64,000 nucleotides of DNA. Source: Tubulanus polymorphus. Taxonomy: Eukaryota; Animalia; Nemertea. The stretch is taken from contig NC_134025.1 of assembly GCF_964204645.1 (NCBI RefSeq), positions 15,847,101 through 15,911,100 on the forward strand, in the 5' to 3' direction. The position numbers and the translations under genes were made by a program. Under the pieces are notes generated by a model, which saw only the letters and a list, made by a program, of their open reading frames with translations, was not told the DNA's origin and did no database searches. This document shows, piece after piece, positions 47,357 to 60,133 of this stretch (positions are counted from its first letter, which is position 1; each line of letters begins with the position of its first letter).

Positions 47357-48477
47357 TTATAAATCTTTAATTTTACTCGATAATATCCATTAATTGAATT
47401 TATCCGGCCATCCAACCCGTTTTACTAAAGATTATTTTTTTCTATTAACAGTTTTTGTTTTTAATACTTTTTCACTTTATATTCTTGTTCTAGATTTTCA
47501 GTAGTTAAACTTAATTGTTCGTCATAAAAGTACCCATCAACTTCTTCACCATCTAAATCTTCTAATTTATAGACATATGGTTTTGTTGTTATTAGCTTTT
47601 TTATTTTATATATTTCCCTAGTAAAATTTCGATCGTATCCTTTGTCAAATATCTTTTTATACTTAGAAATTCTAACATTTTGACCAACTTTAAATTTAGG
47701 TTCACCAAAATCATCTACAAGAAATACCCCATACAAGTTATTCCAAACAATTTCAGCATTTTCAGGTTTTCTAGCATCAATAGGTTTCATTCCAATAGAA
47801 GAATGATAAGAATTATTATAACCTTCTATCAATTTTGGTAAAACATTAATTCATTTAAAAGTATTATTTGCTGTAAAATATTTCCACATTCTTGTTCTTA
47901 ATGTTCTATTAAATCGTTCAACAACTGCTGCTTTTTTATCCGATTTTGTAGAAAAATATTTAATATTATGATAATCTAAGAGTTTATGAACAGATGAATT
48001 ATCAAATTCTTTCTATCATCAATTTGTATTTTTTTCTGGCTTTATTTTACCACCTGAAAGAAATTTTCTTAAAACATTTGATGTTTGTACAGCATCTTTT
48101 CTGTAAAGTGGGAAGCTCCATACATAACGACTAAAAATATCAATTATATTCAATATCCACCAATAATCATTATTATCTTTTTTAAGATTTTTCATATCAA
48201 TTAAATCTCCTTGCCACTGTTGATCTACATAACTTACCATAGTTTTACGAGTTTTATATTCTCTAACAATTCTTTTATTTTTTTATATGTTGGTTGTTCT
48301 AACATAAAATCAATTATATGTTTACATTCAACTAAATTTTGTGGGATTATCTAATTTATCTCGTTTTACTTGACGCCATATATTTTTGGTAGAAGAATAT
48401 GCAACCGAACTCTCAGGGTTATTATATAAATTTCTTAAAAATTGTTCTTTAGTATTTCGAGTTTTTTTATCCCCCAT
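47357..48477 (-). pseudogene. rve integrase with chromodomain, element B
   Basis: YNNPESSVAYSS N-terminus, QWQGDLIDM, IDIFSRY, KAAVVERFNRTLR, FDKGYDRNFT; frameshifted. Confidence 0.9.
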
Positions 48478-48507
48478 TTATAAATCGTTAATTTTAACTT
48501 TATATTT

Positions 48508-49738
48508 TTAATATTGAATACTATGTAATTGAGAATTTATAATATTTAATTGCGCGTCAGATATAAGATAAATGTGCATTTTGTAATTTAAACCTCATTT
48601 TTTCTTTTTCATGAATAATTGTATCCCATCTTTTGTATATTGTAATTTTTTACCAGAACCATGTAATAAGTTATCTTCAGTTGTTCTAAAATCTAACATG
48701 CATATTTATTACCAGTATAAGAATCTATTTGATTAATATTACAATTTTCAGATGATTTTACTTTTTCATTCATAAAATGCTTTTTAATTTCTGGCCACTG
48801 ATCAATCATTCACACTCCTTTGCAAAATATTTTATTTGCTAAATCTTCGATGGTTATCTCTACTTTTGATATTTCCGGATTATAATAATTATCCACATTT
48901 ATTGCACCATTAGAATATGATGCAATGGTAAAAAATATTAATACACCTTTAATAGATCTTCTTGGGAAGTTAATATTCTCATTAATTATTTCATCATTTG
49001 CACTAATAGTTACAATTTTAAATTTTTTAATATAATCATATAATAATGAAAATCCTTGTTCATATTGAGTTTGAATTGTGTTAGCAATATTTTCATCAGT
49101 TACTGTATCACATTCTAAACATATATTTGATAATTTATAACCCATATCTTTAACAACGCTAGATAATACAATTTCATTAACAGGAGCAAATGTTATTTCG
49201 AACATAATATCTTCTTGTATAGCATATTTATATAAAGGCGCATTATTATTTATCAATTCAAAATCTAATGGAATTTTTATTTACTTCCATAAATCTTTTT
49301 TTATCAAATTATCTGTAGCATTATCTACGATTGCGTTATCAGCGTCTGATCTTAATTTATTTTGATTTAAGGATTGAATTCCTTGAAATATCATATTATT
49401 TCTATTTTCTTTTGTTAACCATAAATCTTTATAATGCGTAAATAAATCATAATTTTCTAATGAAAAAACTGTTAACAACTAATTTTTTAATCAAATATCT
49501 TCCAATATTATCAAAAACATAATTATTATCATGACCAGTTACTTTTATATCAGCTGATAAATAAATACTATTTGGAACATAAAAAAGTATTTTGTGTTAA
49601 TCGAGGGATTCTAACATATAAAGTTTCATCAAGATTAATATTAGAAGGATTATGAGTAATTATATGATGAGATCTCTCTGCTTTAATAGCATTAGATATT
49701 CTAGAATTCTTAGAAGGATTTATATAACTCCCACTCAT
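48508..49738 (-). pseudogene. Major capsid protein, element B
   Basis: MSGSYINPSKNSRISNAIKAERSHH..APLYKYAIQEDI.FEITFAP..; several frameshifts. Confidence 0.85.
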
Positions 49739-49749
49739 TTATTTAAAAA

Positions 49750-51091
49750 AAATTACTTATTTATTTTTTATCATATTCACTAATCCAAAAATAATTGCAC
49801 TTACAACTGTAATTAAAAATAAAATTATATGTTCAGCAGCAAAGTTAAGAATATTCCCAGCAGATTTCAATATAAAACCAGCAATTGACGCTATAACTCC
49901 GGGTAATGCCGCAGCAGATTTTTAAGATAATTCCCATAGATATTTTCCTAATTTTTTCAAACCATCCTTAACTTTATCTTGTATAGAATTATTATCATTC
50001 TGTGGTTTATCAGGTGGTTTAGGAGAAGTGTAGATTTTAATGAATTTGAAATAGCTAAACCTATCGTTGTAAATATCATAGTTACAGCTGTTAGAATTGA
50101 AAGAATTGTTATACCTTCTAATTTAAATAATAATTTTATTCTATCTGTTAATGATATTTCAGAATTTGGTTTTATCAACAAATCTTTAAAAATAACTTTT
50201 AATGTACTAATACAATAATCATATGATTTTTTTAAGAATTTAATTTCTCCTATCTGTAATTCTATATTATATCTTAAATCATCAATTTCTTTTTCTAAAT
50301 ATGCATTTCTTTTTTTAAATTCAATTTCTTCAATAACTTTATTATCTCTATCTAATTTTAATTGTTCTATTTCTTTGATTTTATCAGTTCTATCTTTTTC
50401 TAAAGTTCTAATTTTAAAATCTCATACTTTTATCATGCGCAAATTTATCAGCTTTATTTCTTATACTAATAATTTCTCTCATTGCTTTATATTCTGTTCA
50501 GAAGTTGTTTCTGTTTCAAATTATTATTGATTGTCCCAAATAATTCATTAATTCTTTGTTTAAATACTCTTTTATTTGGATTCATTTCTGTGTCAGTAAC
50601 ATTTTCTATTTTATTATATTGCTTATTCATTTAATTCTAGATGGTTCTAAATTACTCAAAGTTGATTCTGCTAATATTTTATTTTGATTTTTATAAGTGA
50701 TATTAATATAATAATCATCTTTCAAATGATAATAATATTCACCATCTAAAAATTTAAATTCTCTTACTAAATATCTGGCATCTCTATCATTTATATTATA
50801 CCCAGATCTTTCAAATATAGGTTTGAAATGATAAATATATTCATTATATTCTGAATTTTGTTGAACTAAATCTGAATTTTGATTTTCAGGATTTATTCTC
50901 TGTTCAGCTTGTTTAACAAAATTGCCTGTTGTTATTATATTATCATTAAAACCACTATCTGCTAAATTATTATCATATGATGATTCATTATCAATATTAG
51001 TTTCATTAAAACCTGGATCATCATCAATATATCCATCATTATTATTTCCCATGTCTTCCATTGGAATATCTTCTCCGCCTTCTACTTCCAT
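49750..51091 (-). pseudogene. Acidic/coiled-coil membrane protein, element B
   Basis: EGGEDIPME start and LEGITILSILTAVTM C-terminal region match A; the middle has diverged. Confidence 0.75.
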
Positions 51092-51106
51092 TTACATAAT
51101 AAAAAA

Positions 51107-53948
51107 ATTTAAATTTAAAATATAATATTCCTCCTATTACAATTCCTATACAAGTTATAGCTAATTTAACATTTTCATGTGATTTATTATCATTATTAAT
51201 TCTAATAATATCATGTTGAATAATATCAGTTTTTATATTTTCTGTAGTATTTTAATCTTTTATTTTAGAATCATTATCCAATTTAACATTCTTAGTTTTA
51301 GTTTGAGTTGATTGAATATGTTTTTTAATTTTTTCACCTTCCATTAGTTTCGGAGCAGTAATAATCTTTCTATTTATATCATTTAATCCAAACTTATCAT
51401 TTATTGTTGCAGTTTCAATTAGATTATTATAACCAATTATATTTCCCATTTTTAATACTAAATCATTAGAAATAATTAATAAATTAGGGCCTATACAATA
51501 AATTAATCTTACGTGTGATTTATCTAAATAATTTTGATATCTTACAATGTTTTCTGGAATTGATCTATTTTTATCATTATGAATTAAATCTTCAAATAAT
51601 ACTTTGAATTGTTTTTGTGTATCAAATGATGTATTTAAATTTCCAATTATTGGGGATCTTGTTTCAACCTGTGATCCTAATATACAAATCAAATATATTC
51701 TAATAGATTCACTATTTTCTAAACTAAAATAAATCCAACCATTATTATTTTCTTGTTTTAAATTATCATAGAATTTCGGCAATTTATTAAAATTTAATGT
51801 TTCTAAAATCCATATTTTCTATTTAACCATAACCTAATTTATTATCATAGATATTATAAAAACTATTAATTGGAAAGGGAAGCGTCCAATATTCTGCAAT
51901 TTTTTAGGGTTAGGAAGTGATCTTATTGTTCCAATTTTTTTTCTAAAATCAGAATTATTTATATTTATATTAAATTCATTACAAACTTTATAATACTTTG
52001 ATAAATTAATATTATTATTTAATTCTTTAAAATATCTAGATCCTGGTAAAGGACACTCTAATTCAATTAATATTAATCTTTTTTGAAATTAAGTATGAAA
52101 TCTAAATATACTTTGAATTAATCTATATTTAGAATTATTCAAATGATCATTCCAACTTATTCCACACGCTGATATAGCACAATAAACTGCAAAATTTAAT
52201 TTGTTCTGCCAATACTTCATATTAGATTTTAATAACCATTGCTTTTCATCTTTCAATTTTTTAAAATTAATTAAATATACATGAAATATATTTTCCATCT
52301 TTACATTAAGATTATTGGTTTCAGTAACATAAATATCTAAATTAATTAATGAATTTAAAACTTCATTTCTATATGTGATATTTTTATTAAAATCTATTGC
52401 AGGAATATTATATTTAATTGATTTATTATATTGAAAAGCTTTTGGAAAACTATCTACCATTTATATAATAAAAAAATAATAATTCATTAATTCTTTTAAT
52501 AATTTATCTTGTTGTTCAATTGTTATATTACCATCTAAACTTATTATATGATCTAATGTATTTTTCAATTTACTTATTTCTTTTATATTAGATTTAATTT
52601 TTTCTTTATTACTTTTTATATCTAATTTTGAACTTATTCCGGTTAAAACACTTGAACTTAAACCTAGCGCACCAGTTGTGATAGCTAATGGTGTTAATGG
52701 ACTGAATATTGCTAAAAATGTTATTACAGAACTAATTGTAACTGAACTACTAATAATAGAATAATATACAATTTTAATTTTTGAATTTTTTTTCTTTTTA
52801 ATTTTTAAATCATTTTTAAATTCTAATATTTGTTTTTCCAAATATAATTTTAATTTAGTTTTATTCATATCGTGAGGAATAATATCAACATGATCAAATT
52901 TATCATCCATTTATTTAGTTAATAAATTATTAATTAGTAAATTTATAAGCAACAAATAATACAATAATTGTTCCACCTAAAATCCAAATTATTTCGTATT
53001 ATTGTTGTTCTTTACTTGGTGTATAATAATCTGATAATTTAGGTTTGTATAGATGTAATTTTTCTTTATTTGTTACTGCATTATATAAACTCATAGCTTC
53101 ATCAACTGATTGAAAATCTCTATGTGTAATTTTCTGATTATATAATTCTTTATTAATATAATCCATATAATTTTGTCTTTCTCTCTATATTCTTCTGCTG
53201 CTTTATTAGATTTCTCTAATGCTAAGTTATGTCTTCTTTGTTCTGCTAATGAACTATTTTTATCAATATGCTTAAATAAATAACCACCACCAGTAAACGC
53301 TAAAGCGATAACGACTGCTGATCCTATTATAGTTATAATTGCAAATGCCATTTATTTAGTTAAAAAATTATGTATTTATATAGGAGGAATATATTTTTGT
53401 TTTTCTGAATAATCAATTGTTAAATTAGATAAAGTTACTGCTAATGTTAATTTCAAAATATCACTGATATCAAATCTATCAACATTAATACTTCCCATTT
53501 TGAATATTTTTTTCAATACCATTGTATACTGATAATAATATTATTATGTGTATTATATAAACCAGTTATCATCCACTTCTGATCCGCCATATATTTAGAA
53601 AAAAAAATAACTATCTTCAAAATATTTAGTAATCTTAGTTATAATTATTTCAACATTCATAATATTATTAGTTTCATTTTCATACATTTCAGTTATTATT
53701 TTTCTTATATCATCAATAATAAAATCTTCATCTTATTCATAAAATATTAAAGACTCTCTAATTAAATCAAATATCTTTTCTACATTAAAAGTTTCTTTAT
53801 TTATTGTTGTTTCATATTCAAATGTTGTTTCATTGGAAAATGTAATATTTTTATTATGAGTTATTACATCATTAATATCAAATTTCATTTCTTTCTCACG
53901 TTTAAAATCAAATCCAAAACATATACTCGGTCCTAATGTTATATTCAT
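51107..53948 (-). pseudogene. Orthologues of the A genes 461aa, 144aa (ORF 52461-52910 intact), 140aa, 73aa and 112aa, in the same order
   Basis: ORF fragments 51252-51782, 52089-52460, 52461-52910, 53091-53351 and 53733-53948 are highly similar to the A proteins. Confidence 0.85.
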
Positions 53949-54714
53949 TTATATAGTGAAAAAATTATTCTCCACATCTTATAACTAATTCACAAATTAC
54001 AGGAAAGTAATTCAAATCAATTAAGTATCCATTATGATTTCTTACTTCTAATTTATAATTATTAAATCGAGAAATACAAGGTTTAAAATCGCACTCAGGT
54101 AAATTCTAAAATCTGTTTGAGTTCCGAATTGTTTAACATTTTTTAATGGTAAAATAGTTAATAAACCAGAATTACAAATTGTATGTTTAGTTGCTTAAAA
54201 TGTTTTTGTAGGATCAATTAAATTGCAATAAATATAAAAGTGTGTAAAAGGCATTATATTTGATAGCATCTACGTTTCCTGTAACAGTTTGTGGTTTAAT
54301 TCCTAACAGTTTAGCTAAAGGTTTTCCTACCATAAATGCATGTTTGGTTTCATCATCTAACTTTATTTCAATTTTATCGGAACTAACACTTTTTAAAAAT
54401 CTAATGTTAAATCCAGAATCACTACCTAATTTGACCCGAGCTCTTCGATTAATTTCTTGAGATAATGTTTCTAGATTATATAATCCTGGTTTTAAAAATA
54501 GATGAAACCATTTATTCATATTTCTAATTTCAACTAAATGTTCAAGAGTTTTATTCGATACATTATGAAAAGAATTACATAAACTTACATTTACTAATTT
54601 TAAATCAACACAATTTTCAAATTCTCTATCTAATTGTACTAGTAAATTATGAGATGTATAATTTGTAAGTCTTCTTGAATCAACAAATATTCTATATTCT
54701 TTTAATTCAACCAT
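53945..54714 (-). pseudogene. Minor capsid protein, element B
   Basis: MVELKEYRIFVDSRRLT..LKPGLYNL; frameshifted. Confidence 0.75.
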
Positions 54715-54780
54715 TATTTATAACACAAAAAATTACCTCGAACCATTAGAAATTAATTTTAATAAAATTTTTCTAAATAA

Positions 54781-55960
54781 ATGAATGTGGAATTTGTGGT
54801 GAACTTCTAAGAAAAACTAATATGGCTCGGCATATGAAAAAACATGATAAAAATTATAAACCCCCTAAAATAAACTGCCCAAATTGTGATAAATTATTCT
54901 CTAGAAATTATTTTAAAAACATTCAGAGAAGTGTAAAATTAATGACTCAACGGTTAATGTTGATAGTAACGAAAGTAATAATAATTCTGTTGAAGTTGAA
55001 CCTGAAATTATTTGGAAAAGACCTTTTCTAATTTATGACAAGAATAATATAGAAGATCAATTCTGTGAACCTTGTCGAATAAAATATAGCAAAATAAAAT
55101 ACGAGAAAACGTTACCAAATAATAAAGAAACACTTGAAAAGTTAGAAAAACAATATGATAAATTAGTAAGAAAAACATATTATTGTAAATATTGTAAATT
55201 GATTATTACAACAAGTAATTCAAATCTACATAATAGAACAATGAAACATAAAGAAAACGTAAGAAAATACCAAGAACTTAATGAAGATCTATTACCAAGA
55301 TATGATAGAAAAAAATGCCCACAATGTATTTATGAGTACTTAAGACAAGAAGATTCTGTGATATTTTGTAATGAATGTGGTTGGCAAAAAAATTTATGGG
55401 GTGATGAAAAAACTAGAGATATTCTTATAGAGCCAAAATTAAAATATTTAGATGAAATGTTTAAAATATTTTCTATAGAAGATCATACACCAGAATATAA
55501 GCAATGGCTTGAAAAAATGAAAATGATAGAAAATAAAAATGGTGAAATAACAAAGAAAGATATAATAAAACAATTATTCCATCAACATGTAACACAAAAG
55601 AAAAGAAAATGTGTTTATATTTATTATTTAACGATTATTAAAAAAAACTAAATTAACAAAAGAAGATAAGGAAAATATAAAAGAAACATTCACAAACATA
55701 TTAAAATATTTTGTGGATAATAAAATAACAGATTCAATCAATTATGAATTCTTTTTAAATAAGATTGTAAATTTTCTAAACATCGATATTATAATTCCAT
55801 TTGATGAAATAACAAACAAAAAGAAACAAAGAGAGTGAGATGAAATGTGGAATAATATAGAATTTTATTTAAATGAGACAAATGAAATGGAAGAACCTAA
55901 AGAAATTATAGGAAAACAATTTGATGAATGTGAAAAAACTATAGTTATTTCGAATATGAT
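54781..55960 (+). pseudogene. C2H2 Zn-finger region followed by a poxvirus VLTF-3 (A2)-like late transcription factor domain
   Basis: ECGICGELLRKTNMARHMKKH and CPNC fingers; CPQC-x13-CNEC ribbon; KLKYLDEM. After a frameshift ~55645: LTKEDKENIKETFTNILKYFVDNKITDSINYEFFLNKIV..*DEMWNN, resembling vaccinia A2 ([39 protein letters not shown], recalled from memory). Confidence 0.7.
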
Positions 55961-56079
55961 GATATTGATTTTCTGTTTTAATGGCCATAAGCAAAAATGC
56001 GATTTTTGGACCCATCACAACATCTATAATGATGTTCTAATGTTTTTAAGTCATTTGTTATGTCATTTGTCTTGATTTT

Positions 56080-56714
56080 TAGTATGTATGCATCCGTATT
56101 GACTAGGATTAATGGGAACCCATAATTGAATCTTATGATTATAAACAACAATAGTGAGTATAAATATAAATGAAACTTAAAGTCAGTAGTAAAAAGAAAG
56201 ACAAACTAAGGGGCACTTAAATTAAAACAAAGGTGAATACAAGTTAAGTCAGAGACGAAATTGATAAGAGAACAAATAACAAATAATCAAAGGGGAAATC
56301 AAGTGTTGAGTTTAACCAGTTTACAGAGGAATTTTGATATAAGTTTATTATGGGGTGAAAAACCATTGTTAAGGTTTACAACGTTGTTCGAATTTTCAAT
56401 AATTAATGCAGATTCCAAAAAATGTCTTCTAGTTTTATCGCTGCAAGGGTCTCACCCCTTAGTTTGCTTCCCTTTAATCTATTTTAGCGTGTTACTGTTT
56501 CTACGTTAATTTTCCTTTAGTTTGTATCATCTCTGATTACTTGAATTAGTCTCTTTGTCTCTGGATTGTATATATATCTATATATATCTCATAATTTCTG
56601 TAGTATCTCATTATTCCTGAAGATGACTATTAGGATATAGTCGAAACGTTGAAATAAACTACTATCTCGAAGTTTCATTTTCGGACTTTTTATTATCATT
56701 GTGGGATTCTCTCC
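56080..56714. mobile_element. Penelope-like retroelement fragment
   Basis: Minus strand 56302-56450 encodes a GIY-YIG-like C-terminus (RRHFLESALIIENSNNVVNLNNG); the pLTR-like end carries a hammerhead motif; it truncates pPolB of element B. Confidence 0.6.
56611..56657 (+). ncRNA. Minimal type I hammerhead ribozyme motif; second copy 57060-57106 on the minus strand
   Basis: ttattc-CTGAAGA-t-GACTAT(taggat)ATAGTC-GAAA-cgtt-gaaataa: core boxes, 6-bp stem II, palindromic AACGTT. Confidence 0.6.
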
Positions 56715-59619
56715 TCATAAAATTTTCATACGGTTGAGGTGCCATCATTGCCCAACCATATAAATTATTGGCGTCAATATATAATAATTTATATTCATCC
56801 TTTGCTTTAAAATACCTATTTCCCATTACCCCACTAATTCCACCTCTAATTGATTTTTCAAATAATAAAACCATGTCTGGTTCTTTAAAACCACATTGCC
56901 AGGTTAAACCAGGACTAGAGTAGCAATAACAAGGATCAACATCAAAATGATTAAAATTGACTTCTCTAAATGAGAGAATCCCACAATGATAGTAAAAATG
57001 ATAGTAAATGATAGTAAAAATTCCGAAAATGAAACTTCGAGATAGTTTATTCGAGTAGTTTATTTCAACGTTTCGACTATATCCTAATAGTCATCTTCAG
57101 GAATAACTTCTCTAACTTCAGTAACTTCTCTAAATTTTTCAAATATATCAGCCAATATCATAACATCTGATTTTAAGTATAAATCTACTAATTCACCATT
57201 ATTTTTTATCTTAAAATGATTCCAAATATTTAATGTTTTATTAAAAACTCCATCTTTCACGTACTCCTATTTTAATTGATCATAAAATTGTTCTTTTAAT
57301 AATTCTTTTACATTTAAATCATTGTGTGTTTTATAAAATGAATAAGGAATTGCACCTTTATATCCCAATAATTTAAAATCTTGTTCATTTGGATAATAAT
57401 GTCGAGTTATTATAAAATCATTATCAACTAAACTATGAGAATCTAAAAATCTAATGCAACCAAATTGAAATGAAATATAATTTTCAGATGTTTTAGCTAA
57501 TAGTTTAAAATCATATTTTCTCACATTTTAATCATTTATAGCATTATATTCTTCCATTTCTTGATTAATTGCGCCTAATTTTCCTGATAATTGTGTTATA
57601 AATAGATGAGTATCATAACCTGATAAATTATCAAATAATATTGGTACGAAATTAACTTTCTTAACTTGTAAATTGCAATCTTCATGAGCAGCTCCACGAT
57701 ATTTTGAATTTAAATGATCATGATCTCTAACTTTTTTATCAAATGAATAAAAACGTTTTTCACAATAACAACAATGAGTTGCATAGTTGCATAATTAAAA
57801 TCAATTTCATCTTCTTTTGTCACAACTATTCTTTTATTTTTGTTTAATAATTGTGCAAAATCAATTTCTAATTCAATTATTTTATTACAAAATTCATTTA
57901 CTACATCTTCACCTCTAAAAGAAATATATTGACTTTCATACAATTCAGGATAATTTGATTTTATATGAATTCCATAAGCAGCAGCTTTTTGATGAACTTT
58001 TCAATTGTACTTATGATTGGTTGGTCTTGAATTATCTCTTCATTTAATTCATTTCCTTTGTCCATTGATTTTAAAAATTGCTTTTTGTTATATATCTTTT
58101 GTTATATATATTTTCTATCTTTTCTATCTTGATCAGTTTATTCATTATTCAACGATTCAAAATCCCCATAAATTACAAATAGTACCATATTTTTAAATTT
58201 ATGATTAATAAATTTCAAACTTACAATCTTTTTTTGTTGGCATTATTAATTTACAAAAACCTTCATTATCACATACTTCTTTAAGTTTTAATAATGCATT
58301 CTCAGTCATAGATTTCGACCAACATTTTCTACATAGATAAATCTTATGATGGTGATCACTTTCTGTTCTAAAGAATAAATCTATTTGTTTTAACCACATA
58401 AAATGTTCATGTTCATCTTCTTTGTAATATAACAAATCTATAACGTTTTCATCATCATAATATTCTGTTAAATATAAAGCTTCTAATGTATAATCCTTAA
58501 TATTTTCACCTTTTGGGTCTGGTAATTGCATTAATTCGAATACATTTATTTTTAAATTATAAACTTTATAGTTACTGAAATTGATCAATTTTATATAATG
58601 TTTCATATTTCCGGTAATCTGTTATTCTAAAACTATGCTTAGTATCTTCTGTTGGGTGTAAACAACTAATAATTGACCATAGAAAATATTTATTATCTTC
58701 ATTTTTAACATTTATTACTGCTTTTGTTGTAAATGGTAATTTGATATAACTTGATGCTTTAAAATCCTTTTCTGTTGTAAAGTTCAAATCATCTTTAAAC
58801 ATTCTATAACTTTTTGATATTTTATTTCTTTTTGTATTATAAAAATTTAAATCTAAAAATATAATTTCATTCAATGTTAAACCAGAACTCTCAAAATATC
58901 TTTCCTCAATATGACGTTTAAATTCATTAAATATTTTTTCTAACTTCGCTTTTTTTGTGTTTTTGAAATTATTTCTTCATAATGTGTTTGAATATTCTAC
59001 TCCATTTTGTCTTCTGATTTTATAAAACTTACTTTTCCAGAAATATTAATTTTTGGATATTCAACATCTGTAACAAAGTCCATTATTTTTCCATTATATC
59101 AATAAATTCATTATAATCTTCTATTGTTCTACCTTTAAAAATCTAAATATAATGGCTGCCGGTTCAATTTTACTACGTAATGTTTCTAATATTTCAATTG
59201 TATCTTTTATTTCTAATGAATCGATATAATTTCTAATATTTTCCATATTAGGTTTATTTGAAATAGATTTAGTTTTTGAAGCTGGTTTTTTTACTTTTTG
59301 AGGTTTATCATCAAAATATTCTGTCCCTAAAATAATTTATTCAAATTTTGTTGGTGTTTCGAGATGTCTTTTATAATTACTTTTTGCTATAAATTCATTA
59401 CAAACATTACATTTAATTTCATCTTTTTCATATTTTCTAATTGTTCTTTTCTTTCATTGGAATTTTCTGGTGTCTCAAAATCTATAACATTTATTGCATG
59501 ATTTGCAGTTTTTTCATGTCGTGTTTTATGAGATTTATCAATGTATTTTTTACAATATGTACAATAATATTGATTTTCATTAACATCATTTTTCCTGTAT
59601 GTTGTTCACTCTCTCCCAT
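56715..59619 (-). pseudogene. pPolB of element B (fragmented, 3' part lost)
   Basis: Start MGESEQHTGKNDVNENQYYCTYC; KASSYIKLPF..NEDNKYFLWS; RDHDH; SENYISFQFGC; YLKSDV; SIRGGISG; YIDANNLYGWAM; Penelope-end insertion at 56971-57106. Confidence 0.9.
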
Positions 59620-59789
59620 TTATTATGGGAAAAAATTTCTTGTGGCGATGAGTAATTAAAGAAAGCAAAAAAAATTCATTTTAATTAATTAAATATCTCA
59701 CTACTTTTGTCTTTCTATGCGGAGCAATTAAACTGTCCAGATAAGTCATTTCGGATTCTTAATATTTAATTAATTTTATTTTCAATTTA

Positions 59790-60133
59790 TTTTTCTATTT
59801 GATCAACAACTTCTAAATCATGATGACCGTCTTCATTTTTTCCATGATAGATTATTTTAAATCCTTCTAAATCTTTTAATTCCTCTGTACTCAATGAAAT
59901 CCATTTATCAGGTAAAAATACTTTAAATTCTAGCGTTGTACTAACATTACAGCAACTTAAATTTGCTGATATTTTATCTTATTTATTTTATATTTAGTTT
60001 TTATCTTTTCTAATTTTAATATTTTTTGTTCAATTTCTTTTGTAACATCGACTAACTTTTTTATTAAAAATTGTTTTTTTGCTGGTGTTATTCTGTTATT
60101 TATTGCCGCTAAGAATGCTTTTCTATCTCCCAT
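59790..60133 (-). pseudogene. 117-aa gene homologue, element B right copy
   Basis: MGDRKAFLAAINNRI..KKLVDVTKEIEQKILKLEKIKTKY..IYHGKNEDGHHDLEVVD; frameshifted. Confidence 0.75.
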
